Part shown: piece after piece, positions 35,177 through 49,163 of the stretch
Position numbering within the stretch: position 1 is the first letter of the stretch
Layout: each line of letters starts with the position of its first letter
NCBI RefSeq assembly: GCF_963921235.1
Contig: NC_086097.1
Span: forward strand, 33,420,001-33,484,000
DNA length: 64,000 nt
Source: Mobula hypostoma
Taxonomy: Eukaryota
Direction of reading: 5' to 3'
Notes under the pieces: generated by a model
What the model was told of the DNA's origin: nothing
Databases searched by the model: none
What the model saw: the letters and a program-made list of their open reading frames with translations, nothing else
Position numbers and translations under genes: made by a program

Positions 35177-37435
35177 CTCTAGTTTGTGTTTCATTTCACC
35201 CTGACAGTGAAGGAGGCCAATGTATGGGAATGGAAAAGGGAATTAAAATTCCTGACAACCAGGAGCTCCACCTTTGAAGTTTACAGATAAAATTAAGTGG
35301 GCTGTTAAAGGGCACGTTCCACCCCGGGTTCAGAGAGGATGGCACAACATTGGAGACAATGCAGGGGGTTGTTATCGGAGAGGGATTTACTGAGTAATAG
35401 GGCAGATCCAGTCACAGCTTCTGATTGAAGGTGAGGTGAATGTTGGCAAGCTGTTAAAATGACAACAGTTTAATTCATATCGACAAAGGGAGCTCTGAGC
35501 CACATGAGGAGCTGGTCAAAAGTTGCCTTAAAGCAATGGGCTCCAAGAGGATCCTTCAAGGCAAGAGGAGGTTCTGTGACTTGGGGCTTTGTTCACAGAA
35601 AGCAGGACCCTGCTGAGTGCAGAAATCTTGGAGTTTGCTGTTCTGGAATTAATTACAGAGGTTAGGAGTAGTCAGACATGGGGAGATTTTAAAATATGGA
35701 TGAGTGTTTTAAAATGGTCTAATCAAAGTGTTAGATAGCTGGGCTTATAAATTGAGAGATGATGGGTACATGAGATGCTGTAAATTCGGACAGGCAGTAT
35801 GTTTTGGAGTTTGAATTCATAGAGATTGGATGAACAGAGACATCAAAAGGCAGCACAGATAGATAATTTTGTTAAGAGCCAATGGGACACTGGCTGTCAT
35901 TAGTCGGGACACTGAACACAAAAGCAGGCTGTTATGGGAATTGATCAGACCTTAGAACATAGAACAGTACAACACAGGAACAGGCCCTTCGGCCTCAGTG
36001 CCTGCTAAGACTGTGATGCAATTTAAACTTATCCCATCAGGTTTAAATGGGGTTGGATGGCATATATCCCTCCTTTCCCTGCTTTTTATATGTTTGTCTG
36101 AATGGTTCTTAAACATTGCTATCAAATCTGCTTCCACCTCCTCTCCTAGCAGCATGTTCCAAACACCCAGATATCGCTGTGTATAAATAAATTTCTTTAA
36201 AAAAAAACTTCCCCCCTCACCTTAGAGCTAGGTGCACTCTTATTTTATTATCTTGTATTTCTACCCCGCAAAAATGATTATCTCCCCGATCTATGCCTCT
36301 CATCATTTTATACTCTCAGCCTCTGATACTCCAGAGAAAACTATCAAAGTTCATCCAACCTTCCCTGATAGCTCATGCTTTCTAATCGTGGCAGCATCCT
36401 GTTGACCCTCTTCTGCACCCTCTCTCAAGCCTGTAGTGTGATGAGCAGAACTGAATGCAATGTTACAAACGTGGCCTCTCCAAAGTTTTATACAGCTGCA
36501 ACATGACTTCCCGACTTTTATACTGAACACCCTGTCCGATGAAAGCAAGAATGTCAAACACTTTCTTTACCATCCTATCTTTTTGTGATGCTACCTTCAG
36601 AGGTCAGTGGACTTGCACCCCAAGATCCACTGTACACCAGTTCTCCTGAGGGTCCTGCCATGTAGTGTATATTTTCCCCTTGCATTTGACTTCCCAAAAA
36701 AGCAAGACCACCATCTAGTTCAGATTAAATTCCACAGGCCATTTCTCTGCCTGTATCTCCAACTGATATACAATGATAAGAGGCACAGATCGAGTGGACA
36801 GCCAGAGACTTTTTCCCAGGATGGAGATGGCGAATATGAGGGGACATAACTCTAAGGTGATTGGAGGAAAGTATAGCAGGAAGTCCAAGGTAGGTTCTTT
36901 TATACAGAGTGCAGTGGGTACTGCCTGTGTTAGTGGTAGAGGTAGATACATTGGGGACATTTAAGAAATGTAGATAGGCACATGGATGAAAGAAAACTGG
37001 AGGGCTATGAGGGAGGAAAGGGTTAAAGTGATCTTTGAGTAGGTTAAAAGATAACTACATCATGGTAAACTAAAGGGCCTGTATTGTGCTATATTGTTTT
37101 ATGTTCTATAGCCTTGCCAACATTGTCCATAGTGAGCCAAAGAGAAAAATCTTTTTATTGATTAATATGAGATGCAAGTTCCTCCTTTACTACTTAGGTA
37201 CATATTCCACAGTGAGTTGGGACTGATACGGATTTAGGTTGGGATATAGGGCTCCAGAACATTAGTTTGGGGTGGAGGGTAAGTTGGTGTCTGAAGGGAA
37301 AAAAATCATGACGGCTGATCAACAATGTTGACACAATTAGGAGCAATGTACAAGGGAGCAGGAGAGATTCAGCAGGTATGGCTTACCACCACCTCCTCGA
37401 GGGCACTGAGGGGTGGGCCATACCACAGATACCTT

Positions 37436-38360
37436 GATGTGGCTAGGCATAGCTCAAATACCATCTATAAATTTGCTGACAATACAACCATTGTTGGTAG
37501 AATCTCAAGTGGTGACAAGAGGGCGTGCAGGAGTGAGATATGCCAACTAGAGGAATGGTACCGCAGTAACAGCTTGGCACTCAACGTCAGTAAGATGAAA
37601 AAGCTGATTGTGAACTTCAGGAAGGGTAAGATGAAGGAACACATACCAATCCTCATGGAGGGTTCAGAAGTAGAGAGAGTGAGCAGCTTCAAGTTCCTGG
37701 GTGTCAAGATCTCTGAGGATCTAACCTGGTCCCAACTTATCAATGTAGTTATAAAGAAGTCAAGACAGCGGCTATACTTTACTCGGAGTTTGAAGAGATT
37801 TGGCATGTCAACAAATACACTCAAAAACTTCTATAGTTGTCCTGTGGAGAGCATTCTGACTGACTGCATCACTGTCTGGTATGGAGATGCTACTGCACAG
37901 GACTGAAAGAAGGTTGTAAATCTAGTCAGCTCCATCTTGGGCACTAACACACGAAGTACCCAGGACATCTTCAGGGAGCAGTATCTCAGAAAGGCAGCGT
38001 CCATTATTAAGGACCTCCAGCACCCAGGGCATGCCCTTTTTTCAGGCAGGAGGTACAGAAGCCTGAAGGCACACACTCAGCGATTCAGGAACAACTTCTT
38101 CCCCTCTGCCATCTGATTCCTGAATGGACATTGAAGCTTTGGACACTACTTCTCTTTTTTTTATGTACAGTATTTCTGTTCTTGCACATTTTAAAAAACT
38201 ATTCAACATAATGTAATTGATTTACTTGTTTATTATTATTATGTTTTATTTATTATTTTTTTCATTCTCTCTGCTAGATTATGTATTGCATTGAACTGCT
38301 GCTGCTAAGTTGACACATTTCACGTCACATGCCAGTGATAATAAACCTGATTCTGATTTG
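37436..38360 (+). mobile_element. Rex1/Babar-type LINE 3' fragment
   Basis: IYKFADNTTIVG...FKFLGVKISEDLTWS...VESILT.CITVWYG; tail AATAAACCTGATTCTGA. Confidence 0.88.
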
Positions 38361-41300
38361 ATCCTGAAAAATGAAGAAAAAGAAAATTCATAATCAGAAC
38401 ACTCAACTGTGAAGTATAAAAATCACTAGACCTGGATCAGCTGTGTGTGAAGTCACTGAGGAAAGTAAGAGTGAAAACAATAATGACCATAATCTTCCAT
38501 TGTCCTAGTGTGGAGATCAGCTGGAGGTGTGAACTTTGCACCCCACCAGCTCATCAAAGCTTCAGCCAGTTCAAACCAACACACAGAGCACTGGGGGAAA
38601 TCAGTGGGTCAGGCAGCATCTGTGGAGGGAAACAGCCAGAATGGCAAGGAAAAGACAGAGACTTAAACCAGAACTAGACTGCCATCAGGGAAAGTAAGTA
38701 ATGAGTTAAAACTGGAGGTGCACCATCTGAAGCACAAAGTGTTCAGAACAAGACAGATGAATTAATAGTGTAAATAGAGATAAATGGATTTGATCTGGTA
38801 GAGATGGAATGCAACCCAGGCTAAGAACTGCCCTTTCCCAGGGGATATGAGTCACAGTAAAGGTGAGCAAAAAGGCCCCGGTCATCCTGAGGTGGTTTGC
38901 AGCCGTAAAGGAGAAGGACAATGGGTCAGAGTATTAGGACAGAGATTAACTACAGGTGACGCTCCGGAACATTGGATGGCAGAAAGCCACAGTGGGAATG
39001 GTTTTTATAGCATCCACTGCACAGAGCATGAACTCAGAAGTTAGTGGCATTCAACAAGTGTCATGCAATAATTATGAGGACCTTAACCTTCACTTGGAAA
39101 CTGGACTTGGGAATGAGCTCATGGAATTCCTCTGATGTTTAACTCATCTGCCTCTGAGGTTTAGTGTTTCTGTACAGTCAGAAGGAGCAGGATAGTCCAG
39201 AGAAACTCATGGAAAAGGAAGATAGGAATAGGATTTGGCATCCCAACTATTTTTCACTGATTCCAAGTATGGAGCTGTGTGAAAACGTGCCTCGTTGTTA
39301 TGAAGTGGCTTGGGGAGATTGAATAACATTTAGCCTGGACAATGCATGCAAGGAATTCTCCACAGTGGTGGGAGGATGTAATTCCAACTATTTCATGGAT
39401 TGTATGCCTTTGAGATTACTTCCATGTTTTATTAAAAACCTCCTGCTCTTGGAGGACACTGTGTCTCAGGGAGATACAGCAGGGCAAGAGGCCCTCCAGC
39501 CATCGAGACCATGATGGACATCAGCCAACCTACATTAATCACAGTTTATTCTCTCCACATGTATGCCAGATATGGTATATTATGATCACATCTGATCATT
39601 GAACTGTCTGTATAATGCCAGTGATCATATTATGATCACTATCACCTAAGCGTTCCTTTACCTTAGGCTCCCAAATCAAATCAGACTTATTGCACAACAC
39701 CCAATCCAGCGAGTATAGGCCCACAGCCATCAAATGCTCCTCATTCATTAACCCTTTCATTCCCTGGGTCATTCTCCTGAACCTCCTCTAGACATGTAAT
39801 GGAGAAACTCAGGACATTACAACATTTTGGCTAACTGATATTCATCCTGTTGAATTCCAAATTGCTACCAGAAAAGCTTGAGGTATGGATTAAGAATTGA
39901 TTTTTACAGAGTTTATGTGAAGAGAAAAAACAATTAAACATAATATGCCATTGAAGCAAGTTCTGTCAATTTTTGTGAAAGATTCATATTACAGGATATC
40001 ACGATGCAGGCAGTTTTCTAAAATCATAGCATGGGGATATACTGTTTGTTAACTGGAAAGTGATTGGTTAGTGTTGGTGTTGAAAGGACCCTGCGCTAAC
40101 GGGAAGTTGGTTTATGTTGTGATGGGTTTGCTGCTGCCATTGTTTGCCATTCCTTCATTTAAACACCTGCTCTCCTTTGGACCCTAACAACTTTCCAGTC
40201 CTCCAGTAAGGTGGCACCTCCTGTGGTTGTAAAAGGGTTGCTTGAAGTTCTAGTGGTGGGACATAGTGTCTGTTGCTCACACAATCCGTGTTATGCACAC
40301 AGTCAGTGCTGAGACATAATCCCTGTTGCGCACACAGTTCCTGTTACACACCTGGTCTCTTAGAAACACGGTCAGTGCTGGGACCCAGTCCCTGTTACAT
40401 AAGTGGTGAATGCTTGGATGTGATCTATGTTACATGCACGTGGTCCCTGTTGCACACATGCAGTCCATGTTACACATGTATGGTCTCTGTTTCTCTCTCC
40501 CACTCACACCCCCCCCCCAAGTTAGTAGTGGGTCACAGTCCCTGTTACACACACCACAGTCAGTGCTGAAACACTCAGTCTCTGCTCCTCATGTGTGTTT
40601 GCTCACAGTTTCCTGTCTTGTCATGAAAGCTCGGACCGCCCCCTTGCCCTGGATTCTCAGCTAGCAGAAATAACCACCCTATTAGCTCCTCATAATATCT
40701 TGAATGTATAAATCACATCAGCTTTCGGATTCCAAGGATTACGATGCTGGTTTGTGTAATCTTCTTGCAATTTAACCCTCGGAGTTCCAATACCACTCAG
40801 CTCTTCAAGTTGTGGCCACACTCTGCAGTGTGTGTCACAGTGACACAGCCAGTTGGGGTGCAGAAAACTACCCAAAGGAGCAGTGAGAGAAGTGACCAGA
40901 TTCTGCCTGTACTGATGACATCTGAGGGATTAGAGTTGGTCGCAATCAGAGGGCTGCACTCAGAAATACTGCTGTGCTATCTTTTACATCTGTCATTGAA
41001 AGGGAGTTATAGAAAATATACAGCACAAAAACAGGCCCTTCGGCCCAATGTATCTCTACAGACCAGGTTGCTGATCTGTGCTTGTCCCATTTGCCTACAT
41101 CTGACCCATATCCTTCTAAAACTTTCTCATCCATATACCTGTCCATGGTACATTGTAATTGTACCTGCTTCAACCACTTCATCAGGCAGCTCATTCCCCA
41201 CACCCACCAACCTCTGTAAATCTTTCCTCTCATCTTAAAGCTGTATGTCTAGGTTCAGACTCTCCAACCCTGGGGAAAATTTCGTCTGTGACCTTAGCCA

Positions 41301-44300
41301 TGTCACTCATGATTTTATAAACCTTGATAAGGTCATCCCCCTCAGCCTCCTGTGCTCCATGGGAAGCAGCCCCAGCCTATCCAGTCTCGACTTGTAACTC
41401 GAGCCTCCAGTCCTGATAACGTTCTTGTCATTGGAATTGGTTTATTAATCTCACATGTACCAAGGTTAAGTGAAAAGCCTGTCTTGCAATCTATTCATAT
41501 AGATCAGATCATTACACAGTGCACTGAGGTAGAACCAGGTAAAGCAATAACAGAATGTAGAATAAAGTATAACAGTTCCAGAGAAAATGCAGTGCAGGTA
41601 GACGACAAGGTGCAAGGTCGTAACGAACGAGAGTACAGTAGTGGATTTTCAGAAGACCTTTGCCAAGGTGGTGCAAACAAGGCTGCTAAACAAGTTAAGA
41701 GCCCATGGTGTAGGAAGGAGGATACCAGCATAGATACATGATTGGCTGGCTGACAAAGGTCAGAGACTGACAATAAAGGAGTCCTTTTCAAATTGTTGCC
41801 AGTGACGAGTGATGTTCCTTAGGGGTCAGTGATGGGACTGCAATTTTTCACTTTATACATTAATGATCTGAATGAAGGAACTGGGGCATTGTGGCCAAGT
41901 TTGCTGATGATACCAAGACAGTAGGAGGGCAATTAGTGTAGTGGAGGCAGGGAGTCTACGGCGGACTTGGACAGGATGGGAGAGCTGTAGCTGTATCTGT
42001 GCCAGGTCCCAGATTCCCGGGAAGAGAATATGTCCTCGTCCTCCCTTCAGCCTTTTTCCCACACTTCATTAGTCATCTCTTATTTTAGGCAACATGACTT
42101 CTCAGCATTCCTAAGCAGTTTATTTTTGAAAATTAAGAAGAATATCAAAGAGTTTATTGAATTGAGAGAGTCCTTCTGCGAATACAAAGTATTCAATCCT
42201 TTCTTCGTTTATTTACTCCTGTGTCAACTGAAAGCAATGACCCATGGAGTAAGGATTTCATGCACACTGTAAAAGTAGGATAAAATTTGCCAACTGTAGT
42301 GAGGGGGGAACAGCCCTATACTGGCTACAACTCGGGGGTGGGGGGGAAGGACAGCAGCACATCTGTAGCTGTGGGGCAGTCCCACACCACTTATAACTAG
42401 GGTAACAGCCTCAGGTTGCCTGCAACTGGGAGTGATGGCCCCAGACCGATGAACTGTAGGACAGCCCCATGTTGACTATAATGGGGAACAGTCCCACTCT
42501 GTCTGTAATTGTAGGCCAGCACCACACTGACACCAGCATGGGTGACTGTGTCACTCTGACTGTAATTGTAGGATGGCCGCCCACTGACTACTTGTGGGAC
42601 TGTCCCACACCGCTTGTAATGGGGGGGAACAGTTGTACACCAACTGTAACTATATACAGTCACTGTACCTTTACAGAAATGTGCAAGGGTTCTGGTGACA
42701 TACTAAATCTCCTCAGACTCCTAATGAAGTAATGAAGCCACTGACATGCCTTCTTCATGACAGCATCAATGTGTTGGGTCTGGGATTGATCCTCTGTGAG
42801 GTGTTGACACCTAGGATTTTGAAGCTGCTCACTCCTTCCATCACTGACCCCTCGATAAGGACTGGTGTGCGTTCTCCTGACTTTCCCTGAAGTCCACAAT
42901 CAATTCTTTGGTCTTACTGTTGTTGAGTGTGAAGTTGTGACACCACTCAGCCAGCTGCTCTATCTCACTGCTGTATGCCTCCTCATTGCCATCTGAGATT
43001 TTACCAACAGCCAGTTCTGGTCCAAAGACATTGACACCACAGCCACCAAAAAAGCTCACAAATGCTCCTCTTTGTTAAAGAAATTCAACATGTCCCCTTT
43101 GAACCTCTCCAATTTTTATTGATGCACTGAAGAAAGCATCCTATCCAAATGCATCATGGCTTAGTATGGCAACTACTCTGTCTGAGATCACAAAAGACTG
43201 CAGAGAGTTGTTGTCGCAGCCTCTCCTCCAAGTCTACATTTCCCACTGCTTCGGTAAAGCAACCATCTTACTCAAAAGGTACCATTCTCTCTTCTCTCCC
43301 CTTCCATGCACCCGTCTACACTGGGGAATCGGTGATGGAGTGAGTCAGTAACTTTAAATTCCTGAGCATTGGCATATCGGATGACCTGTCCTGGGCCCAG
43401 CACATGAGGAAAGCGTGCCAGTTTTTTTTTACTTTCTTGGAAGTATGCTTGTCACTGAACGCTCGGACAAGCTTCTACAGATGTACTGTTGAAAGTATGC
43501 TGACCGGTTGCATCATGGTCTGGTACAATTCAAATACACAGGAATATAAGAAATTGTAGAGTTGACCCAACCCAGTATATCATGGACACATCCCTCCCCA
43601 CCATCGGTAGCATCTACAGGAAGCGCTGCCTCAAGGAGGAAACATCTTTCCTCAAAGATCTCCACAACCCAGGCCATGCTATCTTTTCACAGCCACCATC
43701 GGGCAGGAGGTAAGAAGGCTGAAGTCCCACACCACCAGGTTCACCAACAGCTACTTCAACATTTGGATCTTAAATCAATTCACATAACCCTAATCACTAT
43801 TGTTTAGCAACACAATGACCATTAAAATGAACTTTGTTTTTTCTGTTCTAATTACATTCTTCCTTGTAAAAATTGCTAAATTCGTTTTTTGTGAATGCTG
43901 CGTTTCTGCTGGTATGTACCTGCAATGCTGATGCAAGTGAGTTTTTCATTGCTGTACAATGATTTGATCTTTATGAACAGTATTCAAGACAAGCTTTTCA
44001 CTGAATCTTCATACATGTGACATTAATAAACCAATATCTGTGCACATGTGTACTTGTGCCCATGATTATAAACTTAACTTTGACTTTGTCTTTGATTTAA
44101 TTTAATTAATCTTATTTGTTCATTTAATTCTGTGTATTTTGAACACAAAGCAGCCCCATATCTTCGCTGCCTCACTGTTTCTCACACTTGGACCAAAGAG
44201 CACCACTGCTCAGAAACAGGCCCTTTGGCCTATCTAGTCTGTCCTGAACTGTAACTCTACCTAGTCCCATGACCCCACACCTGACCCTAGCCCTCCATAC

Positions 44301-44381
44301 CTCTCCTATCCAAGAAATTATCCAAACTTCTCTTAAATGTTGCAATCAAATCCGCACCCACCACTTCTGCTTGAAGCTTAT

Positions 44382-45287
44382 TTAGTCATAGTCATAGTCA
44401 TACCTTATTGATCCCGGAGGAAACTGGGAAACTGGTTTTCGTTACAGTTGCACCATAAATAATAAATAGTAATAGCACCATAAATAGTTAAATAGTAACA
44501 TGTAAATTATGCCAGTAAATTATGAAATAAGTCCAGGACCAGCCTATCGGCTCAGGGTGTCTGACCCTCCAATGGAGGAGTTGTAAAGTTTGATGGCCAC
44601 AGGCAGGAATGACTTCCTATGACGCTCTGTGCTGCATCTCGGAGGAATGAGTCTCTGGCTGAATGTATTCCTGTGCCCACCCAGTACATTATGTAGTGGA
44701 TGGGAGACATTGACCAAGATGGCATGCAACTTAGACAGCATCCTCTTTTCAGACACCACCGTGAGAGATTCCAGTTCCATCCCCACAACATCACTGGCCT
44801 TACGAATGAGTTTGTTGATTCTGTTGGTGTCTGCTACCCTCAGCCTGCTGCCCCAGCACACAACAGCAAACATGATAGCACTGGCCACCACAGACTCGTA
44901 GAACATCCTCAGCATCTTCCGGCAGATGTTAAAGGACCTCAGTCTCCTCAGGAAATAGAGACGGCTCTGACCCTTCTTGTAGACAGCCTCAGTGTTCTTA
45001 GACCAGTCCAGTTTATTGTCATAGACCAGTCCAGTTTTTTGTCAATTTGTATCCCCAGGTATTTGTAATCCTCCACCATGTCCACACTGACCCCCTGGAT
45101 GGAAACAGGGGTCACCGGTACCTTAGCTCTCCTCAGGTCTACCACCAGCTCCTTAGTCTTTTTCACATTAAGCTGCAGATAATTCTGCTCACACCATGTG
45201 ACAAAGTTTCCTACAGTAGCCCTGTACTCAACCTCATCTCCCTTGCTGATGCATCCAACTATGGCAGAGTCATCCGAAAACTTCTGA
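44382..45287 (-). mobile_element. Rex1/Babar-type LINE 3' fragment nested in a CR1 remnant (about 44200-44380 and 45288-45690)
   Basis: KTKELVVD..YKYLG and MFYESVVASAI.FAVVCWG..HPLH..TERHRKSFLPVAIKLYN motifs; (TAGTCA)n tail. Confidence 0.85.
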
Positions 45288-45852
45288 TTTCACACTCGTA
45301 CCACCCTTTGAGTGATTCTTCCTCATGTTCCCCTTAAATATTTTATCTCACCTTTTCTATTACGTCTAGTTCTAGTCTTACCTAACCTCAGTGGAAAAAG
45401 TCTGTCTGCGTTTACCCTATCTATAATCTTCATAATTTTGTAAACCTCTGTCAAATCGCTCCTCCTTCTCCTACGCTCCAGGGAATAAAATCCTAACCTG
45501 TTCAACCTTTTCCTATAACTCGGGTCCTCAAGTCCCAGCAACATCCTTGTAAATTTTCCCTATACTCCTTCAGTCATATTGATATTGTTCCTGTAGGTAG
45601 GTGACCTGAATTGCACACAATACTCCAGGTTAGACTTCACCAATGTCTTATACAACCTCAACATAACATCCCAACTCCTGTACTCACCATGTTCCTGACA
45701 CTGGCATGCAAGTTATGGCACAATGGGTCTAGCTGTTCTTTGTGGGAAGTTGATCGTACATATCTGCTACCTCTCTACAGGTTCCACTCTCCGTGCCACT
45801 GGCTTTTGTTGCCGTGCACTTGCATGATCTAACCTATTTGCCTTTGTTTCAG

Positions 45853-45917
45853 GGCCCCCCAAGCAAACCCACCCGTCGACAGGGAGGATGGGCAGATGAC
45901 ACCCCCCGCCTCTCCAA
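45853..45917 (+). CDS. IFT43: IFT43 coding exon 3
   Basis: CTAAC branch, TTTGTTTCAG acceptor. GPPSKPTRRQGGWADDTPRLS(K) carries the IFT43 RQGGWA motif. Donor GTGAGT, phase 0/2. Confidence 0.92.
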
Positions 45918-46114
45918 GTGAGTGCCGAACGCTTGCGATCACTGCCAACCTCGCCCAATTCAGCCTGACCGTCTGCAGCAGTCAGCTGAGATGCCTTCAC
46001 CCTGTGTCTCCCTGGGGTGGAGGAGGTGAAAGGGATCGTGAGTGAGGTGTATCAGATTGAGCGCTGTAGATAGGGGAGATTGCAGGAAACCACTTCCCTC
46101 AGCAGAGGAAGTGA

Positions 46115-46360
46115 TGGCACAGTAGTGACGCAGTTAGTGTAACTCTGTTGCAGCACCTGTGATGAGCAATCGGGATTCAATTCCCACTGCTCTCTATAAG
46201 ATTTTGTATGCTCTCCCCATGACTACTCAGGCTTCCTCTGGGTGCTCTGGTTTCTTCTTGTATCTCAAAGACATGCAGGTTAGGATGAGTAAGTTGTAGG
46301 CATGCCATGTTGGCACCAGAAGCATGACAACGTTGCGAACTGCCGCCAGTACATATTTGG
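46115..46360 (+). mobile_element. tRNA-derived V-SINE-like element
   Basis: A-box-like 5' region, B-box GGATTCAATTCC, V-domain-like CTCTCCCCATG...GCTTCCTCTGGGTGCTCTGGTTTC...CAAAGAC. Confidence 0.65.
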
Positions 46361-46834
46361 ACTGCTGGATGAAAGTAAAATGGAGGGCAATGTAGGAGGG
46401 AAGGTTTAGCTCAATCTTAGAGTAGGTTTAAAGGTCAGCCCAATACTGGGGGCCAAAGCGCCTGTACTGTCCTATAATGGACTATGTAGATCCCTGTCAC
46501 TGAGCTGCTCGTCTCTTCCTTCAGTGCCCCAGGAGTTTCAGGTGCAATTGGGCGTGGTTATTGGGTGTGTGGACCATAAGATATAGGAACTGAGTTAGGC
46601 CATTCAGCCATCAAGTCTGCTGCACCATTTCACCATGGCTGATCCATTTCCCTCTCAACCCTATCTCCCTGTAACCTTTTATGCCCTGACTAATCAACGA
46701 CCTATTAACTTCCACCTTAAATACGCCCATTGACTTGAACTCCTTGGCCTCCTGTGGCAATAAATTCCACAGATTTACTGCTCTCTCGTTAAAGAAATTC
46801 CTCCTCATCCTGTTCTAAAGTGACGTTGCTCTTT

Positions 46835-47835
46835 TGTTGCCAGTTGTTTACAATATGTATTAATGACTTGGATGAGGGAATTAAATGCAGCATCTCCAAG
46901 TTTGTGGATGACACGAAGCTGGGCGGCAGTGTTAGCTGTGAGGAGGATGCTAAGAGGATGCAGGGTGACTTGGATAGGTTAGGTGAGTGGGCAAATTCAT
47001 GGCAGATGCAATTTAATGTGGATAAATGTGAGGTTATCCACTTTGGTGGCAAACACAGAAAAACAGATTATTGTCTGAATGGTGGCCGATTAGGAAAAGG
47101 GGAGGTGCAACGAGACCTGGGTGTCATTATACACCAGTCATTGAAAGTGGGCATGCAGGTACAGCAGGTGGTGAAAAAGGCGAATGGTATGCTGGCATTC
47201 ATAGCAAGAGGATTCGAGTACAGGAGCAGGGAGGTACTACTGCAGTTGTACAAGGCCTTGGTGAGACCACACCTGGAGTATTGTGTGCAGTTTTGGTCCC
47301 CTAATCTGAGGAAAGACATTCTTGCCATAGAGGGAGTACAAAGAAGGTTCACCAGATTAATTCCTGGGATGGCAGGACTTTCATATGATGAAAGACTGGA
47401 TCGACTAGGCTTATACTCGCTGGAATTTAGAAGATTGAGAAGGGATCTTATTGAAACGTATAAAATCCTAAAGGAATTGGACAGGCTAGATGCAGGAAGA
47501 TTGTTCCCGATGTTGGGGAAGTCCAGGACGGGGTTCACAGTTTACGGATAAAGGGGAAGCCTTTTAGGACCGAGATGAGGAAAAACTTCTTCACACAGAG
47601 AGTGGTGAATCTGTGGAATTCTCTGCCACAGGAAACAGTTGAGGCCAGTTCATTTGCTATATTTAAGAGGGAGTTAGATATGGCCCTTGTGGCTAAAGGG
47701 ATCCGGGCTATGGAGGGAAGGCAGGTACAGGGTTCTGAGTTGGATGATCAGCCATGATCATACTGAATGGCGATGCAGGCTCGAAGGGCCGAATGGCCTA
47801 CTCCTGCACCTATTTTCTATGTTTCTATGTTTTTC
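46835..47835 (+). mobile_element. CR1 LINE 3' fragment
   Basis: 243-aa ORF with INDLD, SKFVDDTKLGG, QFNVDKCEVIHFG and LVRPHLEYCVQFWSP; (TTCTATGT)n tail. Confidence 0.92.
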
Positions 47836-48164
47836 TGAGGCTGTGCCCTCTGGTCCCAGAGGGATCTGATGTGTCGGGCCCCTCTGCTGGCCTCCCCAGC
47901 ACATTGCCAGCAACTGGGGAGCAGGGAACAGCTGTGAAGAGTAGTCAGCAGCAGTGAAGAGTGGGGTGAGACTGTGGAGAGTTGCCAGCGCTGACATTAA
48001 CAGCAGAGGGCGGCATTGCCTCAGCACCAGCCTGTGGTTGAATAGACAAGATGTTTGTCAGCAACACACTGAGGTGGGGTAGAGATCCTGATCCAGTCTC
48101 ACCTTCAATCGAGCTAACTCTTCCCTATCTACTAACTCTCCCTCACCACCTCACTACTACTCGC

Positions 48165-48935
48165 TCCCACCCTCCTCACAGTCCCCCTCCACACCATCCC
48201 TCGCTCCTCCCTCTCCCCTCCCCCTTCCTCCCCTCCTTCCCCCTTCCTCCCCTCCCTCCGCCTTCCTCACCTCCTCCCCTCCTTCCTCCCCACCTTCCCC
48301 CATCCCCCCTCCCTCCTTCGCCCTCCCTCTCCTCTCACCCCTCCCCTCCTCCTCCCCTTATCCCCTCCCCTCCTCCCCCTTATCCCCTCCCCCTCCCCTT
48401 ATCCCCTCCCCATACCCCATCCCTTCCCCTTCCCCTCGCCCTCCCCATTTCTTCCCTTCCTCACCTCCCTCCCCCTTCCTCACCTCCTCCCCACCTTGCC
48501 CCATTCCCCCTCCTTCCCCTCCCTCTCTCCTCACCCCTCCCCTTCGCCTCCCCCTTATCCCCTCCCCATCCCGCATCCCTTCCCCATCCCCATCCCCCAT
48601 CCCTTCCCCATCCCCATCCCCCATCCCTTCCCCATCCCCATCCCCATCCCTTCCCCATCCCCATCCCCATCCCTTCCCCATCCCCCATTCCTTCCCCCTC
48701 CCTCCTCCCCTTCCCCCTCCCTCCTCCCCTTCCCCCTCCCTCCTCCCCTTCCCCTCCCCTTCCCTCTCCCCCTCCCCCTCCCCTCCCCCCCACCCCCCTC
48801 TCTCTCCAACTCACTCTCCTTTCCCTCCCCCTCTACCCTCCACCTCTCACCTTCCCCTCCCTCTCCCCCCTCACCCTCCCTGCCCCTTCCCCTCTCCCTC
48901 TTTCCCCCACCTCGCCCTGACCCTCTCTCCCCCTG
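48165..48935. repeat. C/T-rich polypyrimidine low-complexity tract
   Basis: About 750 bp of (CCCCT/CCCCAT)-type runs ending about 200 bp before IFT43 exon 4. Confidence 0.9.
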
Positions 48936-49130
48936 TCCCATCACGCACTCCCTCCGCACCGTACCATCACACTGTCTGGGATAGACACAATGAGGTTCCC
49001 TCCACACCATTCCTTCACAAACAGCTGTGACAGTGATGCCATGAGTTTCTTTGGGTTGTAACAACTTGACTGAGTAAAATCTCAATGTTATTGAGTGCTG
49101 ATGTGACTGCGCTCACTCTTTTATTTTCAG

Positions 49131-49163
49131 ATCTGGTCGAAAGGTGTCGGATGAACTCGAGGA
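49131..49163 (+). CDS. IFT43: IFT43 coding exon 4 (33 bp)
   Basis: TTTTATTTTCAG acceptor. (K)SGRKVSDELE(D) (cf. human FRRKASEEIED). Donor GTAAGT, phase 2/2. Confidence 0.9.

Noticed and set aside
46115..46190. tRNA gene
   Set aside because: A/B-box head continues into a SINE body; no intact cloverleaf.
48051..49085. Pro-rich/Gly-rich ORFs
   Set aside because: Artefacts of the C-rich low-complexity tract.
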